Source: Camelus dromedarius
Taxonomy: Eukaryota
Reading direction: 5' to 3'
NCBI RefSeq assembly: GCF_036321535.1
Contig: NC_087436.1
Span: forward strand, 63,056,001 to 63,120,000
Length of the DNA stretch: 64,000 bases
This document shows, piece by piece, positions 38,831-49,880 of the stretch (positions within the stretch are counted from its first letter, which is position 1; each line of letters opens with the position of its first letter). Below the pieces are notes generated by a model that worked only from the letters and a program-made list of their open reading frames with translations, was not told where the DNA came from and did not search any database. Position numbers and translations under genes: made by a program.

Positions 38831-39669
38831 TATGTTTAGGTTTATTCCGGGGTTCTCTATTCTGTTCTATTGAATTATTGTCTATTCTTGCAATTAAATC
38901 ACATTCTGTTCCTTATGTAACTTATATTACATATTTCTGTTAATAAAAAGTCTCCAAATGTATTTTTCTTTTTCAAGATTGTTTAGCTATTCTTAGCCCA
39001 TTACACTTCCATAAAACTACAGAATAAGTTTGCCTCGCTCTTCAACCACCCACAGACAAGCTGCTTGGGTTTTGTTTTGGGATTGCAGTTAATCAAACAT
39101 CAATTTGAGGATAATTAACATCTTACAGTATTTGATTCCTCCAACCCATAAACTTTGATTCATTTCATTTATTTAGGTTTTTAAATTCTCTCAGTAATAC
39201 TCTTTAGTTGTCTTTATAGATTTCTTTGATATTTTTCTAAAATTATATTTTCAGGCATTTAAATTTTATATTTTATTATTTTTATATTATCTCAAGTGGT
39301 ATCAGCAAAAATATTGACTGTTTATTGCTTATCTACAGAAATATGACTAATTTTCTAAATACTGACATTGTATTTTACAACTTTGCTAAATTTAAATCTT
39401 AATTCTAAAAATTTATAATTAAAAAATTTCTTACTAAATAATCCTGTTTTCTGCAAGTAGTGATGTTTTCATTTGATCTTTTTCAGAGTGTTTTGCATTT
39501 TAATTTTTGCATTATTACAACTAATTGGACATCCAGTTCAGTGTTGAAAAAAATATCAGTAGTGAAAACATTTTTCTTGTTCCTACCTTTGAAAAAAAGG
39601 TTCAGTGTTTTTTGCCATTAAGCATTATAAGCAAAATTACAAGAACTCTACCTTTATTCCAGTCTTTAT

Positions 39670-40080
39670 CTCTGCCTTGTGTTCTGTAAGAATCCCAATC
39701 CAATATCTGCGTCACTAATGGGGAGAGATTTTCCTCTTGGAAGCTGCCAAGTCCGTCCACTTGGCAGTCTTGGAAATGCCAGGAAATTAACACCTCAAGG
39801 AAGCAGCCCTTAACTACTCACTGAATCACAGTGGTATGTAAATACTCCTTTCCCTTGAGGCATGTATTTTGAAGCATTTCCCAGAGTTTCTCCATTGAAT
39901 TAAGCTTCAATTACCCACTGTAGTAGCCAGTTCAAAAACCCTCTCTTTATGGAATTCCTTCCCTGTATCAATCTCCCTCATTCCTACTCGTGTTCCCTAC
40001 AATACCCTAATAAACTACTTCCTATTTGCTCTTGGATATTTGCCTCTGCATTTGCTTCTGAGGCAATGCAAACTAGGGAA
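39670..40080 (+). mobile_element. ERVL LTR (LTR33-like)
   Basis: 'gaaattaacacctcaaggaagcagccctt', 'aattacccactgtagta', 'aataaactactt', ending 'tgcttctgaggcaatgcaaactagggaa'. Confidence 0.7.
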
Positions 40081-40317
40081 AGTGTGATTTTTTTCTCCTA
40101 CTTTTTACCAGATTAAAAATTTCCTTTCCACTCTTGTCCAAGGCTTTTTTTTCCCCCCTGATAAATGGGTGTTAAAGTTAAATAAATAATTTTCTCCTTT
40201 ATTTTGTGACTGTAGTACATTACATTTATTCTCAAATAAGCAGATAAATTTGTGTTTCTGGAATACATGCAAGCTGGCCATCAGTTATTATTTACTAAAG
40301 AGATCACATATTTGGTT

Positions 40318-40736
40318 TGTTACCCCAAAAGGTAAAGACACTGGTTCTTTTCATACCAGAAAGACAAGTTTGCAGTTGGGAGACGGGGCGTTGTGTAGAG
40401 AAATATTTAAAAGATTTATTTAAAAGAAAAGGACACCCCCAAAATGGGAGGCAGGCTTATCCAAGGGAGGAAAAAGCGGTTTTTGTCTCCCCTTTCTCTG
40501 ATACCCTCACTTAGAGGCGGTCTCTTGATCTACTGAGGGCTCTTGTCCCTAGAATGCTTAGTCATGTTTGGCCACTTTGCACATGTCCTTACGCTTGGTG
40601 TACACAGAAAAACCCATGGCCAGAGTGGGGAGCTTTAACTGAAATGTTAATTATAATACAATGAACACTGGTCGTGTCTGGTTAAGTCCTTTCCCTACCT
40701 TGCAGTCGTGGCTGTCCGGTTTTAACCAGGTTTTTT

Positions 40737-40787
<51 letters not shown>

Positions 40788-40917
40788 TTCATTTTTCTGG
40801 CACTCATTTAGAAGAAGTCCCTTCATGCTGGAGGCGGACATAATGCCATCTTCCAGACATCCTCTCCCGCTCCTCCACCTATCTGCCTGGTGCCACCACT
40901 TAACTACCTACCTAACA
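40318..40917 (-). mobile_element. 600-bp solo LTR (ERV1-class) with exact 4-bp TSD; internal (TTTA)n at ~40737-40790
   Basis: TGTTA...TAACA inverted termini flanked by ggtt (40314-40317) and ggtt (40918-40921); minus-strand AATAAA (tttatt ~40414); retained CpGs. Confidence 0.85.
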
Positions 40918-41005
40918 GGTTTGCTAATATTTTCTTTAGAATTTTTTGCCTCTATGTTTAAAAGATATCTTTCCTTTCTTGCAATGTATATGCTACATTT
41001 GCTAC

Positions 41006-41477
41006 TGTCAAAGAAAAATTGCGTCAAATAAGTTAAAAAGGCGCCGAAGACTTTGTTCAAAACTATTGCAACAGGGGAAAGAGACTGAACTCAATTCCAC
41101 TGAAACAAAAGGCCAGAGTTGTTAAGCACAGGAAAGCACTAGTGAAAAAGTACTGGAGGACACTAGGGAGAGACCGGCCAATGGTGATTAGGCCATCTTG
41201 TGGCTAATTGGTACTTACTGAAGACAGGCTCCTACAGAGCCTAGAAGATGGGGTATTATCATTTTAAAGAGATGGCTCCTGGTTCTTAGGAAAAAAAAAT
41301 TCCTGGGCTATAAACTGGCTAGAGGTTGGAGAAGATAAGCATCTCAAAGGGATGGAGAAAAGATTGATAATTACAAGTTTTTTTAATTAAATGCTGTAAG
41401 AAAAGGGAGGTCATGTCTACAGTCAAGAAGAAACCTATCTAATGCTTAGACAAACTGAGGGGACATTGGAAACTCCA
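41006..41477 (-). mobile_element. ERV1-class LTR (MER34-like)
   Basis: 'tgtcaaagaaaaattgc...aagactttgttcaaaactattgcaacaggggaaagagactgaactcaattcc'. Confidence 0.65.
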
Positions 41478-41479
41478 TG

Positions 41480-41722
41480 TTTAGTACCATCCCAGATTCT
41501 GTCCTATGCATCTCTTCTTTCTGCTGGTTGTTCATTTGTATGTTTTTTCTACAACAGAACTATAATCATAAGCAGAGTTCTTTCCTCAGTTTTGTGTCAT
41601 TCTAGTCAATTATCAAATCTGAGGGTGGTTCTGGTTCCCTCAAGCTTGCAATTTGCGTCAGAAATCTTGGGCAGACTTACCAGCCTAGAGCCCTGTTGCC
41701 TTAACATTGAGTTTGGCTAATT
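41480..41722 (+). mobile_element. LTR fragment (MER21-like)
   Basis: 'tgtcctatgcatctcttc...ttcctcagttttgtgtcattctagtcaattatcaaatctgagggtggtt'. Confidence 0.6.
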
Positions 41723-41987
41723 CCAAATATTCAGATTAATCAAACATTTTTATTCCACCCACCTTTATTAGCATATTCATTTTCACTCTTTTGCTTTTCT
41801 TTGAGTGATTATCCTAGACTTTATAATGTGCATGACTGGCTTATTATCTTTTTACTTCAGGTTTGTTAGCTATGAATACTTTTAGTTTTTATCTACCCAA
41901 GATTACCTCATTTCTGCTTCATGTTTGAAGGATATTTTCAGATTGTAAAAATTTAGATTGCTCTTACTGTCTTCCAGTATTTGAAAC

Positions 41988-42025
<38 letters not shown>
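41988..42025. repeat. (TA)n microsatellite
   Basis: Directly visible, one TG interruption. Confidence 0.95.
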
Positions 42026-42455
42026 CTCCACTGTCATCTGGATTACTTCTTTTTTTCCTATTGAGAAATCAGCTGTATTGTGATTAGTGTGACTTTAATG
42101 TGTTATTTCTGGCTTCATTTAAGTGTTTCTCTTTGTCATTCATGTTCACTGTTTTAGAGTGAAATGCCTTAATATTGTTTTGTTGTAATTTTATTGCTTT
42201 GTAGTTCCTTTTTGAATCTATAGATTGAGATTTTTTTGTCTACTTTAAAATATGTTCAGTTGTCATATCTTCAAATATTGATTGTCACTGCCTCATTTTT
42301 CTATTGCTCGTCTCATTTTGAAACACAAATATGCAAATTCAACTTTTTCTCAGATTCTCATATAATCCTTATTTTGATATTTCCTAGGCTTGTTGCTCTC
42401 TGTGATGAAGTCTGGAATTTTCTCCTGATCTAGTTTTCAATTCATTGATTTTATC

Positions 42456-42800
42456 TGTAAGAAACAAAAGACAGAGCCAAGTAAAAGAGATGGCTTTATT
42501 CAGGTAATGAGATAGGGATTTTTAGAGCCAGACTAAAAAGGAATTATCAGTGAGTCTCACATGTGGCATGAGGGAGAAGAGAAGGGGGCCTTAGCTGTGT
42601 CAGTGAGGAAAGGTGAAGTTGGGTCTTGAATTTGGATATGTGAAAATACAGTGTGGTTTTCTTTCTTCTTCTTCTGTTTTTTTTTTTTTTTTTTTTTTTT
42701 TGGTTAGATTTTTTCTCAGAACACACAATTGTATTGAGGTGAATTTTTCAACTCATTGCTTTCTGGGAACATCAGGCTTAGATAAAGTTCAACACTGTTA
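42456..42800 (-). mobile_element. ERV1-class LTR (MER89-like)
   Basis: 'tgtaagaaac...ggctttattcagg' to 'caggcttagataaagttcaacactgtta'; degenerate 4-bp TSD tatc/tctc. Confidence 0.55.
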
Positions 42801-45006
42801 TCTCTTGCTGTGTTTAATCTACTTGATAAACTCACATGTTAAGCTATTAATTTCACTTATTTTCTTTCAAAGTTCTAATGCATCTATTCGACTTTTTTTT
42901 TAATAGATTCTACTTTCCTAGTGAAATACAATTCTTTATTTTCTTGAACACTTTAACCACAGTAACTTCGAAGTATCTGTAGTATAATGCCTCAAATAGC
43001 AGTGTTATCTATGGCTATGTTTCTATTTTCTATTTTTTTCTTCATGGTACTCTTTCTTGGTGTAGCTGGTAATTTTTATTAATTTTAAAAAATCATAAAG
43101 GCCTTTAAGACATTGTCGTTCCTAGGGAAGATTCTGTATTCTATGTCAGGTAACTAGTGTAGAGAGAATCACCTCTATCCATCAGTGACTGCCTGCTTAA
43201 GGTAGGTTTACAGTCTTAGAAGACTCAGTGTAACTTTGGTTTGCTTTATTCTTGTAAGATGTTCCAACTGAAAGTCTAGGATTTTTACTGTGGCCCCTCT
43301 TCCTAGACCTCTTGATCTCACACATTTGTCTCTGCAGAATCACAAGGCCTCCCCCAATTTTTCCTCTGTTTTTAATTTACTTTCTCCTCCTTAAGTTTCT
43401 GTTTTTTAGATTCTCTATTCCTGTCTTCCTTGAGCCTCTTTCTTACAAGAAACTCACTCCTAAAGTACTGGATGCTTCTTTAACTTTTATGATGCCTTTG
43501 AACCAAAGCTATTTCTAAATTAATTTTTATGGCTTTTCTAGTTATTCTTGGCACAAGCAATACCTATGACAAGCTACATCATAGCCAGAACAGGAAATGT
43601 GCTACCACTAATTTTTTTGCTACTCTCCTTAAATTGAAACAAAATTGCTTTTAAAATATTTCAGAGATATCTTGACCTACAATTTGTTTTTATTGCAGTT
43701 GCAAGTAACTCTTGATGATTTTGCTGAAGCATATTTGCTAAAATTTCAAGTTGTAGTCACTCAAAAATAATCTGCAGAATCATAATAAGATGATTTTTTT
43801 TTAAAGCAAACCAACTGGACTGAAAATAACAATGCCTTTTTATAGTGTAGAGTTGTTTTCTTTGGTTTATTAGTGCTTCCACCCATAAGCAGAACTATTA
43901 TGTGTTTTGAATAATTAAAAAAGATCTGTTGCTTGTTGATTTTGGATCTGTTTGCCTGACATATTGAATTAAATATTCAGTTAGTGAATGACATATGGCA
44001 TTTCTTCACTGAAACATGGCAAATATGGCTTTTTCTTGGTGCACAGACCTTATTTTCAACCAATTTTATAAGCTGTGCAGAATGAATGAATTCAAGAATA
44101 GATTGTTCAAGGTTTATAAATCACATACATTCAATGATCGTCTTCTGCCACAAGGTAAATCTAGACTCAAGGATAATAAATATTTATAAAGATGAAAACC
44201 TTTCCAGAATGCTAAATTTGGAAGCCATATGCTGGCTAACTGCGTCAATGTAACTTTCCTCTGTCTTTGCTAGTTGCTGTTGTCCAGTTCACAACATTTG
44301 TCATGGCTCCTCATGAGCTCAGTTTTGTCTGTCACTATCAGTATGATTTGACATATGAAAAATGCATGTCATTGTGATTATCAACACACTATTAACTAAT
44401 CCAGTTCTGTGCATTGCTGTCATATCTACATGCTCAATAAATAAGACTTTGTATTTCATTCCATTCTTAGAAAATTTAGCATGACATTTTATCTTGAATC
44501 CCTCAGATATTTCTCCATATGTAAGAACCTCAAAGAAAAAAATAAAACCACGCAGAATAATAATCAATGGAATCATTAAATGTAATTTCATGTAAACAAG
44601 TGGAGACTGGCTAAGAGTGGTAATAATTTTAAAATTTTTTGGTAAAAACTCTACTAGGTAATCATGATGGGAAATAGAAAGGCACAGGAATAATTCTGAA
44701 GATGGAGCAACGATAACATTTTAAGCTTTCTGAAGGGAAGGATTTTGTCCTACAGAAATTGTTCATTTATTTTCCATGTAGCCCTATGCTTTGTGCACAC
44801 TAGAAGCTCAAATTTATAAAAACATAATATAGTAATAAAACATAAAACATAAAAACATAGTATTTCATGAGGTTTCTTTAAAACTTAGCTGTAACAGAGA
44901 CAGTAAAGATAAGTGGTATTCTGGTACTCTTGATTAGAAGGAAATAATTTTTGTACTTACTATGTCTTTATTCTTCCTCACTTACTCAAAGGAATGTCAC
45001 TTTCAG

Positions 45007-45681
45007 TGTGGTGACTATGTATTGTGTCAATTTTGCTAGACTACATTTCTCAGTTTCCCTTTCTCATATGGTTCTAGGTAGAGTCAGTCATAAGAAAAAT
45101 CGGATATTCAGAAGCCTGAAGTAAATATCTGATTTTTTTTTTTTTAACATTCTGAATGTTGAAGTGGAGCCAAGACTTTGCAGGTCACTCAAAATTTCAT
45201 CCACGTTTTCATCTTGTTGGTGTGAGGAAGCAGCTGCTCCCTTGGTTTCTGAAGTTCTTGGTAGATCTGTGCTTCAGTTTCTCTACATCACAGCCCAGGG
45301 ATGAGGGTAGCTCTTTCATGAAGAGTGCCGAGATTATGACACAGGTTGCTTACATCATCAAGGTTGGAGGCAGTAAGTGAATGGGTTCTACTCTGTTCTT
45401 ATGGCTTCCATTTTGTCCTCATGGGTTCCTCTTTATCTCATAGATTCCTATTTATTCTTATGGATTCCAGTTCTCCCTTAATCTTCCCAAATTTAAATCT
45501 AATATGTCTTTCCATAACCTGGCCCTGATTTTCACTTCTAACACCAGATGCAGACACATTAGCCTTAAATAAACTGCTTAAGCAGCTCTGATAGTTATAT
45601 AAAGCCTAATACTTGTAACAAATCACCTACCCTAGATCACTCATTGTGGTTCCTGTTCTCTGATCAAATCCTAAATTTACA
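45007..45681 (+). mobile_element. ERVL 5' LTR (LTR41-like)
   Basis: 'tgtggtgactatgtattgtgtcaattttgctagactacatttctcag' ... 'ctctgatcaaatcctaaatttaca', followed by ERVL PBS-like 'tttggtacca'. Confidence 0.75.
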
Positions 45682-47100
45682 AAATTTGGTACCACAAGCA
45701 ACTCTAGGCAATCAGGACCTTAAGAATTAGTTCTCTGAGTTGGCTGTACAGAACTGTTTCTCTGGTCTGATTAGTTTTAAAGACATTAATGATTCTGTTT
45801 CTAGTAGTAGTTGGGTTAGAAGATGTACATACATGTAATGCAGTGTTGAGAGATATTTAAATTATCATCTGGAGATATCTGTAATCAAGTGCTATAAAAA
45901 CTAAGTCTTTGGATGACTATGTAGTTGTTGCCATAAAACACAGTAGTAAATTTATGGAGTACTATGGGGTTAGTTCGTTATTTATAAATATTCTAAGGAT
46001 GTGGGGAAAGAAATTGATGAGCTTAGTACTTTAAAATCTCAGCTCAAGTCCAGGTCAGGTAAGGGACCAGAATGCTTCTATGACCTCCTGCAATGAAACC
46101 CTTGTCTCCTCTATCCATAGGACTCAGATCTGAAAATAAAACCTTATTCCAGAATATGAAAACAAATATATGTATGTTCATGTATGACTTGAAGCATTAT
46201 GCTGTACACCAGAAATTGACACAACATTGTAAACTATTACTTCAATAAAAAAAAAATACATACAAAGAAAAAAATCTTATTCCACAAGTGAGTAAATTAT
46301 AATGCAATCTGCACTTCTAACATCATAGGTTTCTTTTGTTAAACTTAGGACATTGATCTGGAAGAACAGGTACCCTCAAAATTAGTAGGGTTCCTTATGA
46401 GTATATTCTGACAAAGATGGGGACTTCAAACACATAGATTATCCCAATATGCTTTTACCATTGTACGGAGATGCCCTTCCCTTATTAAGAGGCTGGCCTC
46501 CTTTTGCTTCAATAACCTGTAATGGTCTCCTCTGAAGTGTTTGCCATAAATGGAACTATGGATACTCCTTAATAACTACCCCCATCATCTCCCATTATTT
46601 CCAAATTCATAATCAGATTCAAGTTTTGGGAGGCCAGAGAGGGTAAGTCCAAAAATATAACAAATAAGGAAGTATGATAAGCATCAAAAAAGGTAAAATT
46701 TATGCTAATTTGTATCAGAAGTTTTGAGAACATGTGTGGGAATATGTTCTAACATTATTGGAACATAGTGGAATGAATATAATGTTAGACTGGGCTGAAT
46801 TCATTTTCATGAGTGCACTAAGCAGAGGTTAAGGGTTCAACATATTATCAAGAAGGGCTAAGAATGGCTTTAGCACTGTGTTTAGGTGACTGAAACATAG
46901 ACACAGAGATAGCCCACACCCATGGGATTGAAATGCTAGAATTTTCTTGGTATATCATAGATGAATATATTTAAAGTCTTGTGATGGTTTAAATGTTAGA
47001 ATGGATTAATCATATAGGACTTACAAACATTCCAATGCCATATCCACTGCGAGTACAAAGGATGCTCCCTTCACCAAGAAATCCACATAAAACTTCAGAA
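45682..47100 (+). mobile_element. ERVL internal region with decayed gag
   Basis: 46734-46832 translates VWEYVLTLLEHSGMNIMLDWAEFIFMSALSRG*, resembling ERVL gag (VWEWILRVWDNGGRNIKLDQAEFIDMGPLSRD). Confidence 0.8.
46152..46270 (+). mobile_element. ~120-bp L1 3' stub with 14-bp TSD
   Basis: 'gctgtacaccagaaattgacacaacattgtaaact...caataaaaaaa'; TSD aaaaccttattcca (46138-46151) / aaaatcttattcca (46271-46284). Confidence 0.9.
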
Positions 47101-47149
47101 TTCTTAGGAGCTCTCCGTAAGCAGAAGCTAAAGGAGCTTTGGGCTCTGC

Positions 47150-47776
47150 TCAGAAGATTTGTGCAGAGCCAGGTGCTGTTGTAGTGAACACACATCACTG
47201 CTGATCTGCTGGTCCCCCATGTTGCCACAGTGCAGCAGCCAGGCCTACAGTTCCTCCAGGTCCCACTGGATCATTTCATTCAGTTTCTCCAAATCCTGAG
47301 ACAAGTGTGTATGGAAATCCATGGTGAAGCTTTTCCTGCAGATCACTCACATTAATGAGGTCTGGGTTTGTCAGAAACAGATATGGTTTCCAGTTTAGAC
47401 TCCAACATGCTCACAGGAGGTCCAGTTTTTCCCCTGACCAAGTTCAAAAGAGTATTTATTTCCAAAGAGAATATTTAAGGTCAAAACATAACTGATCTGG
47501 GACTAGACGGAAAGACAGAATGAGGTAATCATAGACACAGACAAGAGTCAGTCAGGAGACAGCAGAATAAAAGGAATGAAGAGGCTGAATGAGAAGAAAG
47601 TTTTCTTTCCAACTGCCACCTTGCAGACTTCAGGCCCCATATCAGACACAAAAGCAACAGTCTTACACAGAACATTAAACGAGCTTTTGCAATATTATAA
47701 CGAATAATTCCTACTATAAATTTCTTATTCTGCACCACTCATATTGGCTCTGATTCTCTGATTAAACCCTGACACA
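47150..47776 (+). mobile_element. ERVL 3' LTR (LTR41-like), 5'-truncated
   Basis: Shares motifs with 45007-45681 and 61241-61843 ('actgctgatctgctgg', 'cagacacaaaagcaacagtctt', 'ctctgattaaaccctgacaca'). Confidence 0.65.
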
Positions 47777-49029
47777 TCTGTCTATAACACTGAAATGCAG
47801 AGATAACACAACAGGTTCTCTTCAACATCATTATAATGTTAAGTTTTACCATTATCTAATCATTATGCCTAAAATAATTCAATGCATTGTCTGTATCTCT
47901 GTGAATGTGGTCTACTAGTAAACTCACTATCTCTGAGTCTGATAGGAAAACATGGCTGAGCATAAACCAAAATGAGAAGTATAACTGGGAGGAGTAGCTG
48001 CTTATTTTAGAGTAAAACGTCTCATCAGCGAAAAAGTGGTTAATAAAAGTCTTGATCAGTTTTAGTTTTATAGGCAGTGACATTAAGAAGACATCTTCAG
48101 AGACACTTTTCATTTTATAGGTCAGAAAATACGTATGAACAGTGTCATATTTGGAAGAGCAATTTCATGAAGACATAGATGACATTTCCATTCTGGAAAG
48201 TCCAATGAAAGAACAGAGATATAAGCAAGAATACATCTGGAAATAGTATAATAATTATTATTGGCCCTCCATCTTCTGCCCATGTTTCTATCCCAAATGA
48301 TGACAGGCTAAGTTCTTACAATTATTGGCATTGGGAGGTCGAAGGAGGAGAATGGTAGGATGTGGATTGGAAGGCAATGCTGGTTGGGGAAATTGGAGGA
48401 AACCTCTTATCAGGAAGCAAGGAAATCAAGTGTGGATCCCTGTTTCCCCAATATTCACCCAGTCAGTTCTTCTTAGGATAGGCCATTAAAGTCAGTGCCA
48501 ACTAATTGGGAACTGCAAGAATTTGTTTCTGTTGTCTAGAAGTTCTAACTACTCACAGGGCCGAAATCACCCCCACTGATGTGAAAGCACAACTGGGTAA
48601 CTACCACCAGGAGTTGCCAAAACACAACCAGGACCAGGATAGATTTGGATCGTTCAGCCATTCCTCACCTATCAGCAAGCTACCTGCATAGATGCGTGAA
48701 GGCTAATTAATTAAACTCCAGTAATCTGAACCCACATTTTTGAAACACACTTTTTGCATTATGACTATGTTTCTTTGCATTTGATTGATTTCTTCTCTCA
48801 GTTATAATCCTAGATAACCAAAGAGCTTGATCATTTAACATTTTCAGTTAAAAGAAGAAAGAAAAAAAAAATAGTGGATGCCAAAAGCTTTCTCTTATCC
48901 CATCTCACTCCTCTCCCTGGGTGGAGGTGGCGGGGGCAGGGAATGATATTTACACGCACAAAGGTAGGTAAAAATGGGCTTGGTTCAAAGGCATCATAAT
49001 CATGGACACTCTGAAATTTTACACATGTA

Positions 49030-49610
49030 TTTGTGTATCTATATCTACATCTATATGTGATGTAGATAGCTATATCTAGATATATATTAACATATAGATA
49101 TGTCTGTATCTGTATATGCAGACTTATATCTAGGTATATGTATATTTATATCTCTGTATCTTCAGATATTTATATATATCTAGATATATATGTATGTATA
49201 ATTACATAAACATATTTTTTAATGAAAATAGGTTTGTATTTAATTTTTGACCAGAATTTTGAGTAAACATGACTTGGGGGATATTAAAAAAATATTTACT
49301 CAAGGAAAATATATTTCCCTGCTCTTGGTTAAAATCTGAGGGGGCATCCAAGATTATCTGGTGATTCAAAAGGAAAAGAAAGTCTAATGGCCATGTTAAG
49401 TTGAAAACATCTCAATTTACTAATTTCAAATGCGTAGCCCAATGTAATAGATACGTTATGTCTATATTACATGTATCTCTATATAAAATCTTTATAGACA
49501 TATCTACATAGATTATATCGAGTTATATAGAGATGTAGACATAGATATATTTGTACATATAGATATATGTAGATATATCTCAATAATCGATATCAATATA
49601 CATATAGACT
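49030..49610. repeat. Two blocks of degenerate TA/TAGA low-complexity sequence (49030-49200, 49445-49610)
   Basis: Directly visible tatcta/tagata runs. Confidence 0.75.
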
Positions 49611-49739
49611 CAAACAGGTCAATACATATACACTCTCAGTTTTAACCAGTAATAGCTGGGGTGAATAAATATGAGTATTTTAAAACATACTTTGAAACTT
49701 TTTTCTAATTTATCTACACTAGCAGAATGTTTCAAAGCA

Positions 49740-49880
49740 AAGATTCTAGAAATAGGCTGGATTTGAATCCTAACTTCACAATTGAATGCAACTTCTCCAT
49801 ATCTCAGTTTACTTATCTGCATATTGGAGATAATAATAATGACCATTCCATACATTAGTTGTGAGGTCTTCAAGAGTTAA
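49740..49880 (+). mobile_element. MIR SINE remnant
   Basis: 'ctggatttgaatcctaacttc...tctcagtttacttatctgcatattggagataataata...gttgtgagg'. Confidence 0.75.

Larger units (their letters stand above)
36400..43560 (-). mobile_element. Old fragmented L1 (L1ME-like) backbone interrupted by many younger elements
   Basis: Antisense L1 motifs: 'aaacagttttccaaagtggtt', 'gctttaatttgcattcccctg', 'gtttagctattcttagcccattacacttccataaaa', 'catcaatttgaggataattaacatctt', 'tcatgtttgaaggatattttc'. Confidence 0.65.

Noticed and set aside
39744..39767. 9-bp inverted repeat ctgccaagt/acttggcag as a structured RNA
   Set aside because: Short, inside a decayed LTR, within chance expectation.
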